DNA of 64,000 bases from Myxococcota bacterium (GCA_965140415.1 OZ223209.1:4736001-4800000); one strand, 5' to 3'. Positions 1 through 9,347 are shown, numbered from the stretch's first letter. The notes: generated by a model from the letters alone, not told the origin. A program made the numbers and translations.

Positions 1-436
1 CTCCCAGCGCGGCGACTTCCTTGACCGTCTGAGAACTGATGTAGAAATTCTGCTCTTCGGTCATCATGAACATCATCTCGATGTCCGGGGCGAGTTTACG
101 GTTCATACTCGCCATCTGGAATTCATATTCGAAATCGCTGACGGCACGCAGACCACGCACGATGACCGAGGCATTGTGTTTTTTGGCAAAATCGACGGTC
201 AGACCTTCAAAGGAGGCAATCACCACGCGCTGGCTGTCCTCAGGAGGGAATTCCTGCTGAATCACCCGCGATATCATATCGGTACGCTCTTCCAGCGTAA
301 ACAGCGGCGCTTTTTTGATATTGACAGCCACACCGATGACAACCTTGGGGAAAATACGCAACGAACGCCGGATAACGTTCAGATGCCCATTGGTAATGGG
401 GTCGAAACTACCTGGATACATACAGCTTTCACTCAT
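1..436 (-). CDS. coaD: Pantetheine-phosphate adenylyltransferase (partial, runs off the left edge)
   Basis: Manual translation from ATG at 436: MSESCMYPGSFDPITNGHLNVI...IVRGLRAVSDFEYEFQMASMNRKL...ISSQTVKEVA. Contains the YPGSFDP-TxGH and RGLR-SDFEYE motifs. Start overlaps the rsmD stop. Confidence 0.96.
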   Translation of the reverse strand, partial: MSESCMYPGSFDPITNGHLNVIRRSLRIFPKVVIGVAVNIKKAPLFTLEERTDMISRVIQQEFPPEDSQRVVIASFEGLTVDFAKKHNASVIVRGLRAVSDFEYEFQMASMNRKLAPDIEMMFMMTEEQNFYISSQTVKEVAALG

Positions 437-1004
437 GTCCACTCTTCTCTTTCATACCATTCGCATTCAGAATCACCAGCTCGGTTTCGCCATAACTGCG
501 ACGGTCGCCAATATCCCAGCCTGTGGGAGAAAAGTCAAGCCGTCGTCGGGTAGATGTTTCCAATATCGCACAACTGGTCGGCAAAATCAGGGGTTTCCAC
601 AGGCGTTCGTCGAACAAACGTTCGAAATCGACTTCCTGATAGGGCGGATCCAGCAGGATCAGGTCGAAACGTCGGTTTTGATTTCCCAGTTGCTTCAAGG
701 CCCGAAACGCGTCCATCATCCAAACATCCGCCTGCGTTTCCAGTTTCGTGTGCGCCAGATTGCGCCGCACGAGATCGATAGCCGCCCGGTTTTTATCCAC
801 AAAAAGCACGTGCTTGGCCCCCCGACTGAGAGCTTCCAAACCCAAAGCACCGGTACCGGCAAACAGATCCAACCCGACCAGATCCTGTACCGATCCCAAC
901 AGGTTGAACAGCGCCCCGCGCACACGGTCGGAAGTTGGACGAATATCACGCCCTTTGGGAGTGAAAAGCCCATGACCGCGGGCACTGCCGGCTACGATTC
1001 GCAA
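429..1004 (-). CDS. rsmD: 16S rRNA (guanine966-N2)-methyltransferase
   Basis: (L)RIVAGSARG, IRPTSDRVRGALFN, LDLFAGTGALGLEALSRGA and LDPPY motifs. Probable TTG start at 1004 behind a GAGGAGG SD (track ORF extends to 1109). Canonical rsmD-coaD order. Confidence 0.94.
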   Translation of the reverse strand: MRIVAGSARGHGLFTPKGRDIRPTSDRVRGALFNLLGSVQDLVGLDLFAGTGALGLEALSRGAKHVLFVDKNRAAIDLVRRNLAHTKLETQADVWMMDAFRALKQLGNQNRRFDLILLDPPYQEVDFERLFDERLWKPLILPTSCAILETSTRRRLDFSPTGWDIGDRRSYGETELVILNANGMKEKSGHE

Positions 1005-1295
1005 CGCGCTTTCCTCCTCGCCTGTCGCATCAACCTGAAAAGGCACGCAACAGGGTGAATTCATGGAGTAATCTCCGGCTCTTCTAACATAGCAACCAAA
1101 CTCTGTCAATGGCCCTTACATCCTGTTTGTAACCTGTGCGTTCAACGGTTAGGCAGCAGTCGTCTTTGTCGTCTAGTCTTTTTCGATATTGTGATATACT
1201 TCGCGGGATTGATGACCAGAAACTTTCGAGATATTCAAGGACGTATTTTTCAAACCTCCCACATGGCGCGGAAGCGAATAGAGGAAAGAACATCC

Positions 1296-2552
1296 ATGCA
1301 ACAAACCACCCCACACCTCATAATTGCTTTATTTTTATTGATAATTTCCTTTCTCACCTCCTGTGGAGACGATGCGACTCCGGCAAGTGACGGCGACTGG
1401 GATAGCCTGGAAGCGGAAGGGGAAGATCTATTGAGTTGCGACTTTGCGGATTCCGTCTGCGACGACGGCCAAGTGCTCAGTTGCGTGGACGGTCAAAAAC
1501 AGTGGCGCGACTGCGAAACGAATCGATACTGCAACTATGGAGAATGCATCGAAACCTCTGTGTCATTCCCGGATGATGCAAGCTATCACGCTGAACGTTC
1601 CGAATGGTGGTATTACACCGGTCATCTGAAAAACGAGGATCGCCGCTGGGGATTTGAAGTTACGATTTTTCAGTATGACATGAGCGCCATTTACGACATT
1701 TCCGGCTATGGCTATATGTGCCACGTGGCCGTAACGGATTCGGTAGCAGGCGAGCATTATCACATCGACAGCATCTCCCTATCACCCGAAACCTGGAAGC
1801 AGAACCCCACCGTGCTGGAAGTCGATCAGTGTCGCTTCGAGTTGGACGGAGAAGGCAAAGACCACATCGTCGCCACAATTCCGCAAGACATGGAAAAAGA
1901 CGGCAAAGCCTCGCCCTGGGAAATCGATCTTTCCTTCGTTCCACAGAAACGGGCGGCGCTGCATGGCGGTGACGGTATCATCCCGATGAGCGACTCCGGC
2001 GGTACAAGCTGGTATTACTCTTTTACCGATTTGCAGGCAGACGGCCAGCTAAGCACGCCGGATGGCAAATTCGCCGTTTCAGGACAGGCATGGATGGATC
2101 ATCAGTGGGGTCAGTTCGACATCGTAGATTTCAAAGGCTGGGACTGGTGGAGTATGCAGTTCGACGACGGCTGGCAGATCATGCTTTTCCAGTTCACCGA
2201 CTGGGACGGTCAACTGGCGGTGCAGGCGGGTTCGCTGATCGATCCGGATGGCAACACAACGGAGTTGGAAGGCTTGGACGATTTCAGCATCACTTCAATA
2301 CGAACATGGGAAAGCCCGCATACCGATGGCGTCTATCCGCTGGACTGGAACATCTCCATTCCGGAAATGGACTGGCAGTTGCAGGTCCGGGTGGCCATCG
2401 ACGATCAGGAAATGTACAACCCCGCTCAGAATTACTGGGAAGGCGAAACGAGCATCACGGGAACGCGCTCGGGAGAGGCCGTCTTGGGTGTCGGCTATAC
2501 GGAACTCACCGGCTACGCCACGGATATTCTGGATCCGAAGGTGAAGCGGTAA
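1296..2552 (+). CDS. AttH/CrtC-like (lipocalin-fold) hydrolase/hydratase-family lipoprotein
   Basis: Lipobox FLTS-C, acidic DGD linker, short Cys-rich segment, then EWWYYTGHL, SWYYS, AWMDHQWG, GWDWWSMQ and YWEG..GYTELTGY motifs. ATG at 1296 is the likely start. Confidence 0.8.
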   Translation: MQQTTPHLIIALFLLIISFLTSCGDDATPASDGDWDSLEAEGEDLLSCDFADSVCDDGQVLSCVDGQKQWRDCETNRYCNYGECIETSVSFPDDASYHAERSEWWYYTGHLKNEDRRWGFEVTIFQYDMSAIYDISGYGYMCHVAVTDSVAGEHYHIDSISLSPETWKQNPTVLEVDQCRFELDGEGKDHIVATIPQDMEKDGKASPWEIDLSFVPQKRAALHGGDGIIPMSDSGGTSWYYSFTDLQADGQLSTPDGKFAVSGQAWMDHQWGQFDIVDFKGWDWWSMQFDDGWQIMLFQFTDWDGQLAVQAGSLIDPDGNTTELEGLDDFSITSIRTWESPHTDGVYPLDWNISIPEMDWQLQVRVAIDDQEMYNPAQNYWEGETSITGTRSGEAVLGVGYTELTGYATDILDPKVKR

Positions 2553-2598
2553 AAGGCCAACACAAAAGCAAGGAATTACAACTAGATACGGAAACAAC

Positions 2599-3594
2599 AT
2601 GACCGACGATGAATACAGGGACATTCCGCCGAATAGGAAGCTCGAAAAAGCTCCAACCACATTTACGGAAATGTCAAATCGATATAATAATTCTTTTCCT
2701 CTCAGAGCAGCGATTCAGGCGATTCCGGGAGTGGGGAGCACAATCGATACGCTTCTTGGAGGGCTGGGAGCTAAATACCAGTATGAGCGGTTTGAGGATT
2801 TCCTTAAACAGCTTGACGATCGGACGCGAAATCTCCAATTGAAAGGCATCCCATTCAAGCTGGAAGAAACGGAGCAAGCCTACGATTTCATTATTTCAGT
2901 TTTCGATCATGTTCGCAGGACACGATCCCGAAACAAACGACGTTACTTCGCCAACCTTCTCACGCGCCAATTTGTGGAACATCTGGAATGGGATGAAGCG
3001 GAAAGTGCTATGCGATTGCTGGAAGGGTTAACAGATGTCCATATTCATGTCTTGCAGGCGGCAGTCATGATTGATCCTATAGAAGAAGGACCTTTTAAAG
3101 GACATCAAATAATTTCCTTACCTGAAAAATTAACGAGTGCAAGCTTTACTCCCCAAAACGAGCTTATTGATTTATTTCCTCGACTTGGTCAAGCTTATCT
3201 CAGGATGATATGCTCTGAATTGATTGCAAAGGGACTCCTACACGACAAAGGAATTGAAGGAACCAACATTGGTGCGATGGAGTATTTAATACCCACCTCC
3301 TCTGCCAACTGGTTAATAAACTGGCTCTCCGAATATACAATTGACCAATGCACCACAGAAACCCATCCTCCCGTCATTTGCGATTTCAATACGCCGCCGG
3401 AGTCAGCAAAGCCGGGCGAGCGTTTCGGCATCCTTGACAACCCGACCGGAGACTGGGTTGCGCATCCTAACGGCATCGCGGAATGGGATGGAAAACGGTG
3501 GCTGTTCACGGACCCGGAAGAAGGAATGATCGTTTATAACGAAGAGGAAGGCAAAGCCTTTCGATTCAAAGCGGGAGAATGGATCGATCTTTAG
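2599..3594 (+). CDS. Hypothetical protein: Abi-alpha/DUF4393-like helical+wHTH N-terminal part fused to a C-terminal DUF2793-like domain
   Basis: C-terminus TPPESAKPGERFGILDNPTGDWVAHPNGIAEWDGKRWLFTDPEEGMIVYNEEEG fits the DUF2793 pattern. N-terminal IPGVGS...RRYFANLL...LLEGLTDVHIHVL...LIAKGLL resembles Abi-alpha-like proteins (weaker call). Confidence 0.6.
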   Translation: MTDDEYRDIPPNRKLEKAPTTFTEMSNRYNNSFPLRAAIQAIPGVGSTIDTLLGGLGAKYQYERFEDFLKQLDDRTRNLQLKGIPFKLEETEQAYDFIISVFDHVRRTRSRNKRRYFANLLTRQFVEHLEWDEAESAMRLLEGLTDVHIHVLQAAVMIDPIEEGPFKGHQIISLPEKLTSASFTPQNELIDLFPRLGQAYLRMICSELIAKGLLHDKGIEGTNIGAMEYLIPTSSANWLINWLSEYTIDQCTTETHPPVICDFNTPPESAKPGERFGILDNPTGDWVAHPNGIAEWDGKRWLFTDPEEGMIVYNEEEGKAFRFKAGEWIDL

Positions 3595-3750
3595 CGCCCT
3601 GCCACACTTCCAATCCCGTTTCGATTCCCACCAATCCTCCCAATCACGACGCCTTGGGCAGCGGGGGCCACGTCGGTTTCTGCGGGTCAGGCGAATGCGG
3701 CCAGCTTTCCGACGTCAACGAGATTCGCAGTGACCGGATCACTTTTACAT

Positions 3751-3779
3751 AAAACAGAAAAAGGGCGATTTCTCGCCCT
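3751..3779 (-). terminator. Intrinsic terminator between convergent genes
   Basis: Stem AGGGCGA/TCGCCCT (3762-3779) followed on the minus strand by TTTTCTGTTTT. Confidence 0.6.
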
Positions 3780-3819
3780 CTAAAAAACGGTATCTGTTGC
3801 TGCTAAATGCTTCTTTTGC

Positions 3820-5049
3820 TTACTCTTTTTCAGGCAACTGAGCTTTACGGATCGACAAGGTATTGTACCCTTCTCCCTTTTTTTCCATCAGTTTGATCAG
3901 GATATCCAGCTTTCCCTGCGGCACCTGTGAAAGGTCGAAGAAATGCGATTCGCTGGTAAAGCTGTTGGCTTTGAGTTTGAATTCACGCGGCGCACTGGCC
4001 AAAACCTGTTCGCCATCCAGAACCAGACTGACGATCACCTTGACTTCGGCATCGCTATGGCGCGGAGCGGCAAGTCGATACGTTAATTTGGGCTTGCCAG
4101 ATACCCACTCTCCGACCCAATAAAGCAAGCTGGGAATCTCCGGATCGTCCACTTCTTCGCTCATGGCGAATTTCAAGCGATCACGGGCCTCGGAAGCCAG
4201 TAGTTTCAAATAGTTATCCGCTTCCAAATACGCGCGCGCGCCGGGGTGTCCGGGCGACAGTTCCAGCACTTTCTTCATCAATTCAGCGGCTTTGACCGTG
4301 CTTCCCATGCGATCGAAGGCCAAGCCCTTGAAATACAACGCTTTTACGAACAGCGGATCGCGCCCCAGGGCTTTGTCGAACAAGCGGATTGCACCAATGG
4401 AGTCACCCTCGAACTCCATTTTAGCCGCCCCTTGAGTAAACAACAATCCGACGCTGTCAGGATTGAGTTCCTTCAAGACAAGTAACTGATTTTCCATGTT
4501 TTCGCGGTCGCCCATAATGCGGAAATAATCGGCCATCACGCGGTGACTGATGTACTCGGTTGGATAGTAGGTGCGCAGCGAATTGCAAAGCATCCTGGCG
4601 CTCTCTTCAACTTCATTGAGCATAGCCAACCGATAGTCGATCAGCGCCAACAGTGCGGCAATCTGTTCGTCGTTGCTGGCGCTGTGCTGCGCCGCAATAC
4701 GAATGCGCATGAAATCCACTTCGTTTTTCAGTTGTTCCGCCCAGGCGACGTAAAGCTGGGCCAGCCAACCGGCAAGCTGCACATCTTCCGTCTTCCAGAA
4801 GCGCAACGCCAAAAAGCGAAATTCCGCTTTCTCAAATTCGCGGTAATCATCCAATCTCAAGGTACGCTGGGCGGTTTGCATGATCTCCTCGGCGTTGATC
4901 AGCAATCCGCTTTTGGCGGCTTCATCCGGCTTTTTCTGCTGCTTCGTTGCACAACCACTGAAAAACACTTGCAACGAAACAAACAGGCATATCGCTACGA
5001 TCATCGTTCGTGACACGGAACCACCTCCCAGAAAACTTGTATCCAACAT
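3820..5049 (-). CDS. Tetratricopeptide-repeat lipoprotein
   Basis: Lipobox FFSG-C. TPR-like helices AIRLFDKALGRDPLFVKALYFKGLAFDRMG...AAELMKKVLELSPGHPGA. Confidence 0.7.
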   Translation of the reverse strand: MLDTSFLGGGSVSRTMIVAICLFVSLQVFFSGCATKQQKKPDEAAKSGLLINAEEIMQTAQRTLRLDDYREFEKAEFRFLALRFWKTEDVQLAGWLAQLYVAWAEQLKNEVDFMRIRIAAQHSASNDEQIAALLALIDYRLAMLNEVEESARMLCNSLRTYYPTEYISHRVMADYFRIMGDRENMENQLLVLKELNPDSVGLLFTQGAAKMEFEGDSIGAIRLFDKALGRDPLFVKALYFKGLAFDRMGSTVKAAELMKKVLELSPGHPGARAYLEADNYLKLLASEARDRLKFAMSEEVDDPEIPSLLYWVGEWVSGKPKLTYRLAAPRHSDAEVKVIVSLVLDGEQVLASAPREFKLKANSFTSESHFFDLSQVPQGKLDILIKLMEKKGEGYNTLSIRKAQLPEKE

Positions 5050-5159
5050 CCCTCACCCCATGGCAGTGTATCATTCCACCCCACCAAGCGGCTACTCTTT
5101 TTTTTCAACTCCTACGTCCGGGGAACCAGCTTGAATTGAAAATACAGAGCAGGTAGTTC

Positions 5160-5184
5160 CCTTTTCCCTTCCTTGATGGTGGGC
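5160..5184. repeat. Collapsed/deleted copy of the palindromic element at 29439-29632
   Basis: CCTTTTCCCTTCC (identical to 29439-29451) is joined through a shared CCTTCC to CCTTCCTTGATGGTGGGC (identical to 29615-29632). Confidence 0.65.
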
Positions 5185-5234
5185 CTTGTGGATGTCTGTC
5201 TGTCCGTTACGATTGGTATGGTTTGAAATGCGCT

Positions 5235-5354
5235 ATGGAAATTCAGGGGGCCGTGTCTAACCTGTTGAAGACACACAGCCTTCCACGATCTTCGATCGCG
5301 TAGGACGATGGCACAAAATCACAGGATCTGTAGCTGAAAAAGACTAATACCTAG
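5235..5354 (+). repeat. Dispersed ~120-bp non-coding element (MITE-like), copy 1
   Basis: Inverted match to 38217-38337, with a 45-nt identical core TAACCTGTTGAAGACACACAGCCTTCCACGATCTTCGATCGCGTA (5258-5302). Both copies end in ACCTAG. Confidence 0.85.
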
Positions 5355-5409
5355 GCTATCTGTAACCTGATAGATTTAGGAGAGATTTTTGTTAGAACGA
5401 AAGATTGCT

Positions 5410-6585
5410 TCACTCTTCCAGCAGCACCGCCGGACCTTTGCGGTCCATGCCAACGCGCAGCGCGGCCTTGCCGCGTGCAAACTTCCAGAGTTTGCGACCT
5501 ACCAGGCGACCTCGCCAGCCGGTCATCGACGGCAACTCGGGTGGCTCCGCCTGAATAGCGGCGTGGCGGCAGATCTCTTCGATTTCCCCAACACGCGCAA
5601 TCAGACCGGGGGCGATTCCGGCTTGCGTCGCCAACACTTCCAGCGCCATTTTAATGACCGGCACCTGCGATGACGTTCTTTTCCCGTTGGATCGTGTGGG
5701 CACCGATCCCTTACTCACGGCATCACGTGGAAGCGAACTGAGTTGCCGACAAATACTCATGATATTCTCGCCATAACGGCTGCGAGCTTTGTCGGAAACA
5801 AGGCGCAGAGTTTTCAATTCGCTGTTTGTTTGCGGAAGCTGCTGCGCCAGCGCCATAATCGCTTCATCGGAAAGCACGTGCCGCCTTGGCACATCACGCT
5901 CCATGGCAGTATGTTCCCGCCAGGTTAAAAGCTGTTTCAGCCCGGCTTGCCGTTGCACGGTCATGCGCGAAGTCGGAAACATCTTCTTGAACCGCTGGGT
6001 TACATCGATCGGCGCCATCCACTTGGCCATATGCGTAGCCTGCTCCTCCAAAAAGAAATCCCCACGCTTGGTACGCGTCAATCGTTCGGATAGGATATGG
6101 TAAATCCGGTCGAGGTAGAGCACATCCTGGGCGGCGTACTCCAATTGCTTATTCGACAAAGGCCGCTTGAGCCAGTTAGTGACCTGCTGCCCCTTGCTGA
6201 CGCGCTTGTTGATCAGGCGTCGAATCAAGGTCGCCAAACCGGTTTTCTCAGGCAAACCCACAAACGCCGCCGCCAGTTGGGTGTCGAACAAGCGACCGAT
6301 GTTGCAGTTTAGCGCACGATGCAGAATCTGGGCGTCACATTCGGCATCGTGCATAATAACGGTTGTGGCAGGATCGGCAATGACCTCGGCCAAAGGTGAA
6401 AGATCTTCGATGACAACAGGGTCCACAAGCCAGACCTGCTCTTTTACCGCCAATTGAATCAGAGCCAATTTCGGAAAATAACTGTGTTCACCGATAAATT
6501 CGGTATCGACCCCCAATGCCGGTGTCCCCTTCAGGCTTTTGCAAAGTTTCTTTAATTCAGCAACGTCGTCGATATACTCTGCCAT
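5410..6585 (-). CDS. rnd: Ribonuclease D
   Basis: DEDDy exonuclease motifs VDTEF, LALIQL, MHDAECD, LFDTQLAA, NWLKRPLS..QLEYAAQDV, then an HRDC domain (WREHTAMERDVPRRHVLSD). Confidence 0.93.
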   Translation of the reverse strand: MAEYIDDVAELKKLCKSLKGTPALGVDTEFIGEHSYFPKLALIQLAVKEQVWLVDPVVIEDLSPLAEVIADPATTVIMHDAECDAQILHRALNCNIGRLFDTQLAAAFVGLPEKTGLATLIRRLINKRVSKGQQVTNWLKRPLSNKQLEYAAQDVLYLDRIYHILSERLTRTKRGDFFLEEQATHMAKWMAPIDVTQRFKKMFPTSRMTVQRQAGLKQLLTWREHTAMERDVPRRHVLSDEAIMALAQQLPQTNSELKTLRLVSDKARSRYGENIMSICRQLSSLPRDAVSKGSVPTRSNGKRTSSQVPVIKMALEVLATQAGIAPGLIARVGEIEEICRHAAIQAEPPELPSMTGWRGRLVGRKLWKFARGKAALRVGMDRKGPAVLLEE

Positions 6586-6762
6586 ATTCTGTCACTCTTC
6601 TGCTAAGCGCGATAGTCGCTTGGTTTAGACAACACGTCCATAACTCCAATAAAGGCACGGAAGTGTAATGATCTCAAACACCTCGACCCAACCTTCTCCG
6701 AAGTTGCGAACCTTGAACGGTTGCTTTCTGGCTTTCAATGATTTTCTCGATACCAGTGAAGA

Positions 6763-6836
6763 TGTCATCCTGAGGCGGCACTGAAGGATCTCTCGAACAG
6801 TACAGAGAGATTCTTCAATTGCGGCTCAGAACGACA
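6763..6836. repeat. REP-like palindromic element (GTCATCCTGAG...GAAGGATCT/AGATTCTTC...CTCAGAACGAC type)
   Basis: Imperfect long inverted repeat TGTCATCCTGAGGCGGCACTGAAGGATCTCTC ... GAGAGATTCTTCAATTGCGGCTCAGAACGACA. Confidence 0.75.
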
Positions 6837-6914
6837 AGGCCTGCATACCTTGAAATCAATTCGTACATTTTGCAACCGCTATGCAGGATGAAAATCGGCC
6901 TGCCACCCGCCTCA

Positions 6915-6942
6915 ATCATAGCACGATGACACCGGATGTCAA
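6915..6942 (-). promoter_or_regulatory. Sigma70-type promoter directed toward rnd
   Basis: TTGACA-16 nt-TATGAT with a TGn extended -10, about 330 nt upstream of the rnd start. Confidence 0.6.
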
Positions 6943-7116
6943 TTTCCATAAAATGGAAAGCGACGACAGGTCATCCAACGTGGCATTCACCCATCATCTC
7001 CCCCGGTCAGTGCATTAAGTATATATAGTCGCGAAAAAGAACCACCACCCAATGAACGGAAGTCAGGATTCCGGTCCCTTTTGCTCCTGGCGTGCGAATA
7101 GAAGTGCGGAAAAGCT

Positions 7117-7308
7117 CTAGTCGTCGAAGACCTTATCCTTATCCTTGACCGACAACCCCAGCGCTTCGAGAATGCGGCGCTTGGTCGCAACTCGACAACT
7201 GTAACCGCGCTCGATACGGTCAATGGTGACAGTCGAAACACCGGCTTTGCGGGCCAGTTCCGACTTGGATATGAGCCTTTCTTCTCTGATTGTCTTTAGC
7301 TTGCTCAC
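7117..7308 (-). CDS. Small XRE/Cro-type helix-turn-helix regulator
   Basis: LKTIREERLISKSELARKAGVSTVTIDRIERG is an HTH_3 pattern. TTGACA-17 nt-TAAGTT lies upstream. Confidence 0.85.
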   Translation of the reverse strand: MSKLKTIREERLISKSELARKAGVSTVTIDRIERGYSCRVATKRRILEALGLSVKDKDKVFDD

Positions 7309-7442
7309 GATTCAACGTCCCTTATTAGAGAAAACCTCACATAATTTATTAAAACTTAGCCTTCTTTTGGGGTCATGTCAAGAAGAAAGACCAACATCTT
7401 TGACTAATTTTCGTGAAGCAAGCAACCGAAAACGCTGCCAGT

Positions 7443-9347
7443 TTATCCTTCCATTTCCATTTCTTCCGCAATTACGGGAAGATCCATGTGGAAGCGAGTG
7501 GATTTGCCCTGTTTACTCTCAACCCACAGTTCTCCCTGATGATCCCGAATGATGCCGTGGGAAATCGATAATCCCAGACCCGTACCGACATGACGCGATT
7601 TGGTCGTAAAGAAGGGATCGAAAATCCGTCCCACCAGCTCATCAGGAACGCCACCACCGAAATCCTCGACCGTGGTGCGTACCCAAGAACGCTTTTTCTT
7701 TTTGACCAGCGAATAGGAAATGCGCACCCGCTTGTTTTCATGGAAATTCGGATAGCGCTCGTTAAGCGCATCCCGGGCGTTGGTAAGCAGGTTCATCAAT
7801 ACTTGCTGAATTTGTTGGCTTCGACAATAAATCAGCGGCAAAGGTTCCGGCAGGTTGACATCGATGGAAATCTGATCCTTGATCATCACCCGCTGCACCA
7901 GAGTCAGTGTCGATTCCACGATCTGGCTGAGCGATACAGGCAGGTTTTCCTCGCTCTCTTTGCGGGCAAAGGCCAGCAGATTGCGCACGATCATCGCGAT
8001 GCGTTTGCTCTCTGAAATGATCTCGGCGGTATCCTCTTTAATCTGTTCGGTGGCATCCTTGTTGTTTTGAATCAACTCTGCGAAATTCGATATGATATTG
8101 ATCGGATTATTGATTTCATGGGCCACCCCACTGGCCAAAGTTCCAATCGACTCCAGTTTTTGTTGCTGGCGTACCTGCGCCTCCACCTGGCGCTGCTCGC
8201 TGACATCGCGGAAGACCAGCACCACACCGACTTCCTCTCCTTCTTCCGAAGCAATGGGGGCGGCATTCTCAACAATCAGGTGTTCGCGCTGCTGACTTGA
8301 AATCAGTAGGATCTGATCCAGCTCCGGCGTTTGGTTTAATGCGAGAGGATGCAAAACCCTTTGCTGGAGAGGCATAATACGCGAGCGCGTTTGCTCACTG
8401 TAGACTTGATACACTTGCTGAATCGATTTTCCTACTGCCGATTCGCCCGGCCAGCCGGTCAATTTCTGTGCCACAGGATTGATGAAATTGATGTTACCGG
8501 CTCTGTCCGTAGTAATGACCGCATCAGTCACGCTATTCAGGGTGGTCTTAAACCATTCATGACTTTGGCGTAGCTGGTTCTCCATTTCCCGCCGCTCGGA
8601 AATGTCCATAATGAACCCCTCCAGCGCCAGCAATTCACCCTGCTTGGAGAAGACGCCGCTGCCCTGCTCCCACACCCATTTTACCTTTCCATCCAAGGTT
8701 ACGATGCGATACTCCATTTTAAACGGAGTTCGGCTGTCGATCCCCCGCTGGACCTGATCCCATACAAAATCGCGATCTTCGGGATGTACGATGGTGTTGC
8801 CATAGGAAACTCGCCGATTGCCGACCAGATCCTCGCAAGCATATCCGGTTAAAGGCGTACAACCCTCGCTGACGTGCGTCATTGTCCAATCGCGGTCATT
8901 CAAACAGCGATAAGCCATTCCTGGCAGATTGGAAAACAAAACCGAGATCTGTCTTTGATACTCGTCAAGATCGCTTTCAATGGCTCGAAAACGGGAAAGA
9001 TCCTTGGCAATCGACAGCAACCCGTACGTTCCATTCTCATCCAAATCGATACGGCTGAGTGTCCAATCCACCGGACATTGCGATTTTCCAAAAACCTGTA
9101 TCACGTCGGCTCGATACATCCCCTTGGTTGTAGCAACTTTCAGAGCTTCTTCAATTGATTGCTTGCCAGCCCCGATTGATAGCCAGGTGCGAAGAGGACG
9201 TTCGATCAACTCATTGGCAGGTAAACGATAGAAACGTAAGGCAGCAGAGTTGGCGTGCTGAACCTTCAGGTTCGCATCCAAAAGCAAAGCGGGATCGTCC
9301 AGTGCGTCAATTACCTTAAGCTGAGGGAAACGATTCTTGGATGCCAT
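7443..9347 (-). CDS. Cytoplasmic multi-PAS sensor histidine kinase
   Basis: Three PAS-like domains, H-box GVAHEINNP, N-box NLLTNARDA, and DPFFTTK / GTGLGLSI boxes. No transmembrane segment or receiver domain. Confidence 0.92.
   Translation of the reverse strand: MASKNRFPQLKVIDALDDPALLLDANLKVQHANSAALRFYRLPANELIERPLRTWLSIGAGKQSIEEALKVATTKGMYRADVIQVFGKSQCPVDWTLSRIDLDENGTYGLLSIAKDLSRFRAIESDLDEYQRQISVLFSNLPGMAYRCLNDRDWTMTHVSEGCTPLTGYACEDLVGNRRVSYGNTIVHPEDRDFVWDQVQRGIDSRTPFKMEYRIVTLDGKVKWVWEQGSGVFSKQGELLALEGFIMDISERREMENQLRQSHEWFKTTLNSVTDAVITTDRAGNINFINPVAQKLTGWPGESAVGKSIQQVYQVYSEQTRSRIMPLQQRVLHPLALNQTPELDQILLISSQQREHLIVENAAPIASEEGEEVGVVLVFRDVSEQRQVEAQVRQQQKLESIGTLASGVAHEINNPINIISNFAELIQNNKDATEQIKEDTAEIISESKRIAMIVRNLLAFARKESEENLPVSLSQIVESTLTLVQRVMIKDQISIDVNLPEPLPLIYCRSQQIQQVLMNLLTNARDALNERYPNFHENKRVRISYSLVKKKKRSWVRTTVEDFGGGVPDELVGRIFDPFFTTKSRHVGTGLGLSISHGIIRDHQGELWVESKQGKSTRFHMDLPVIAEEMEMEG

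Noticed and set aside
2599-3594. Prophage or gene transfer agent
   Set aside because: Only one phage-type domain. No integrase, capsid, terminase or tail genes nearby.
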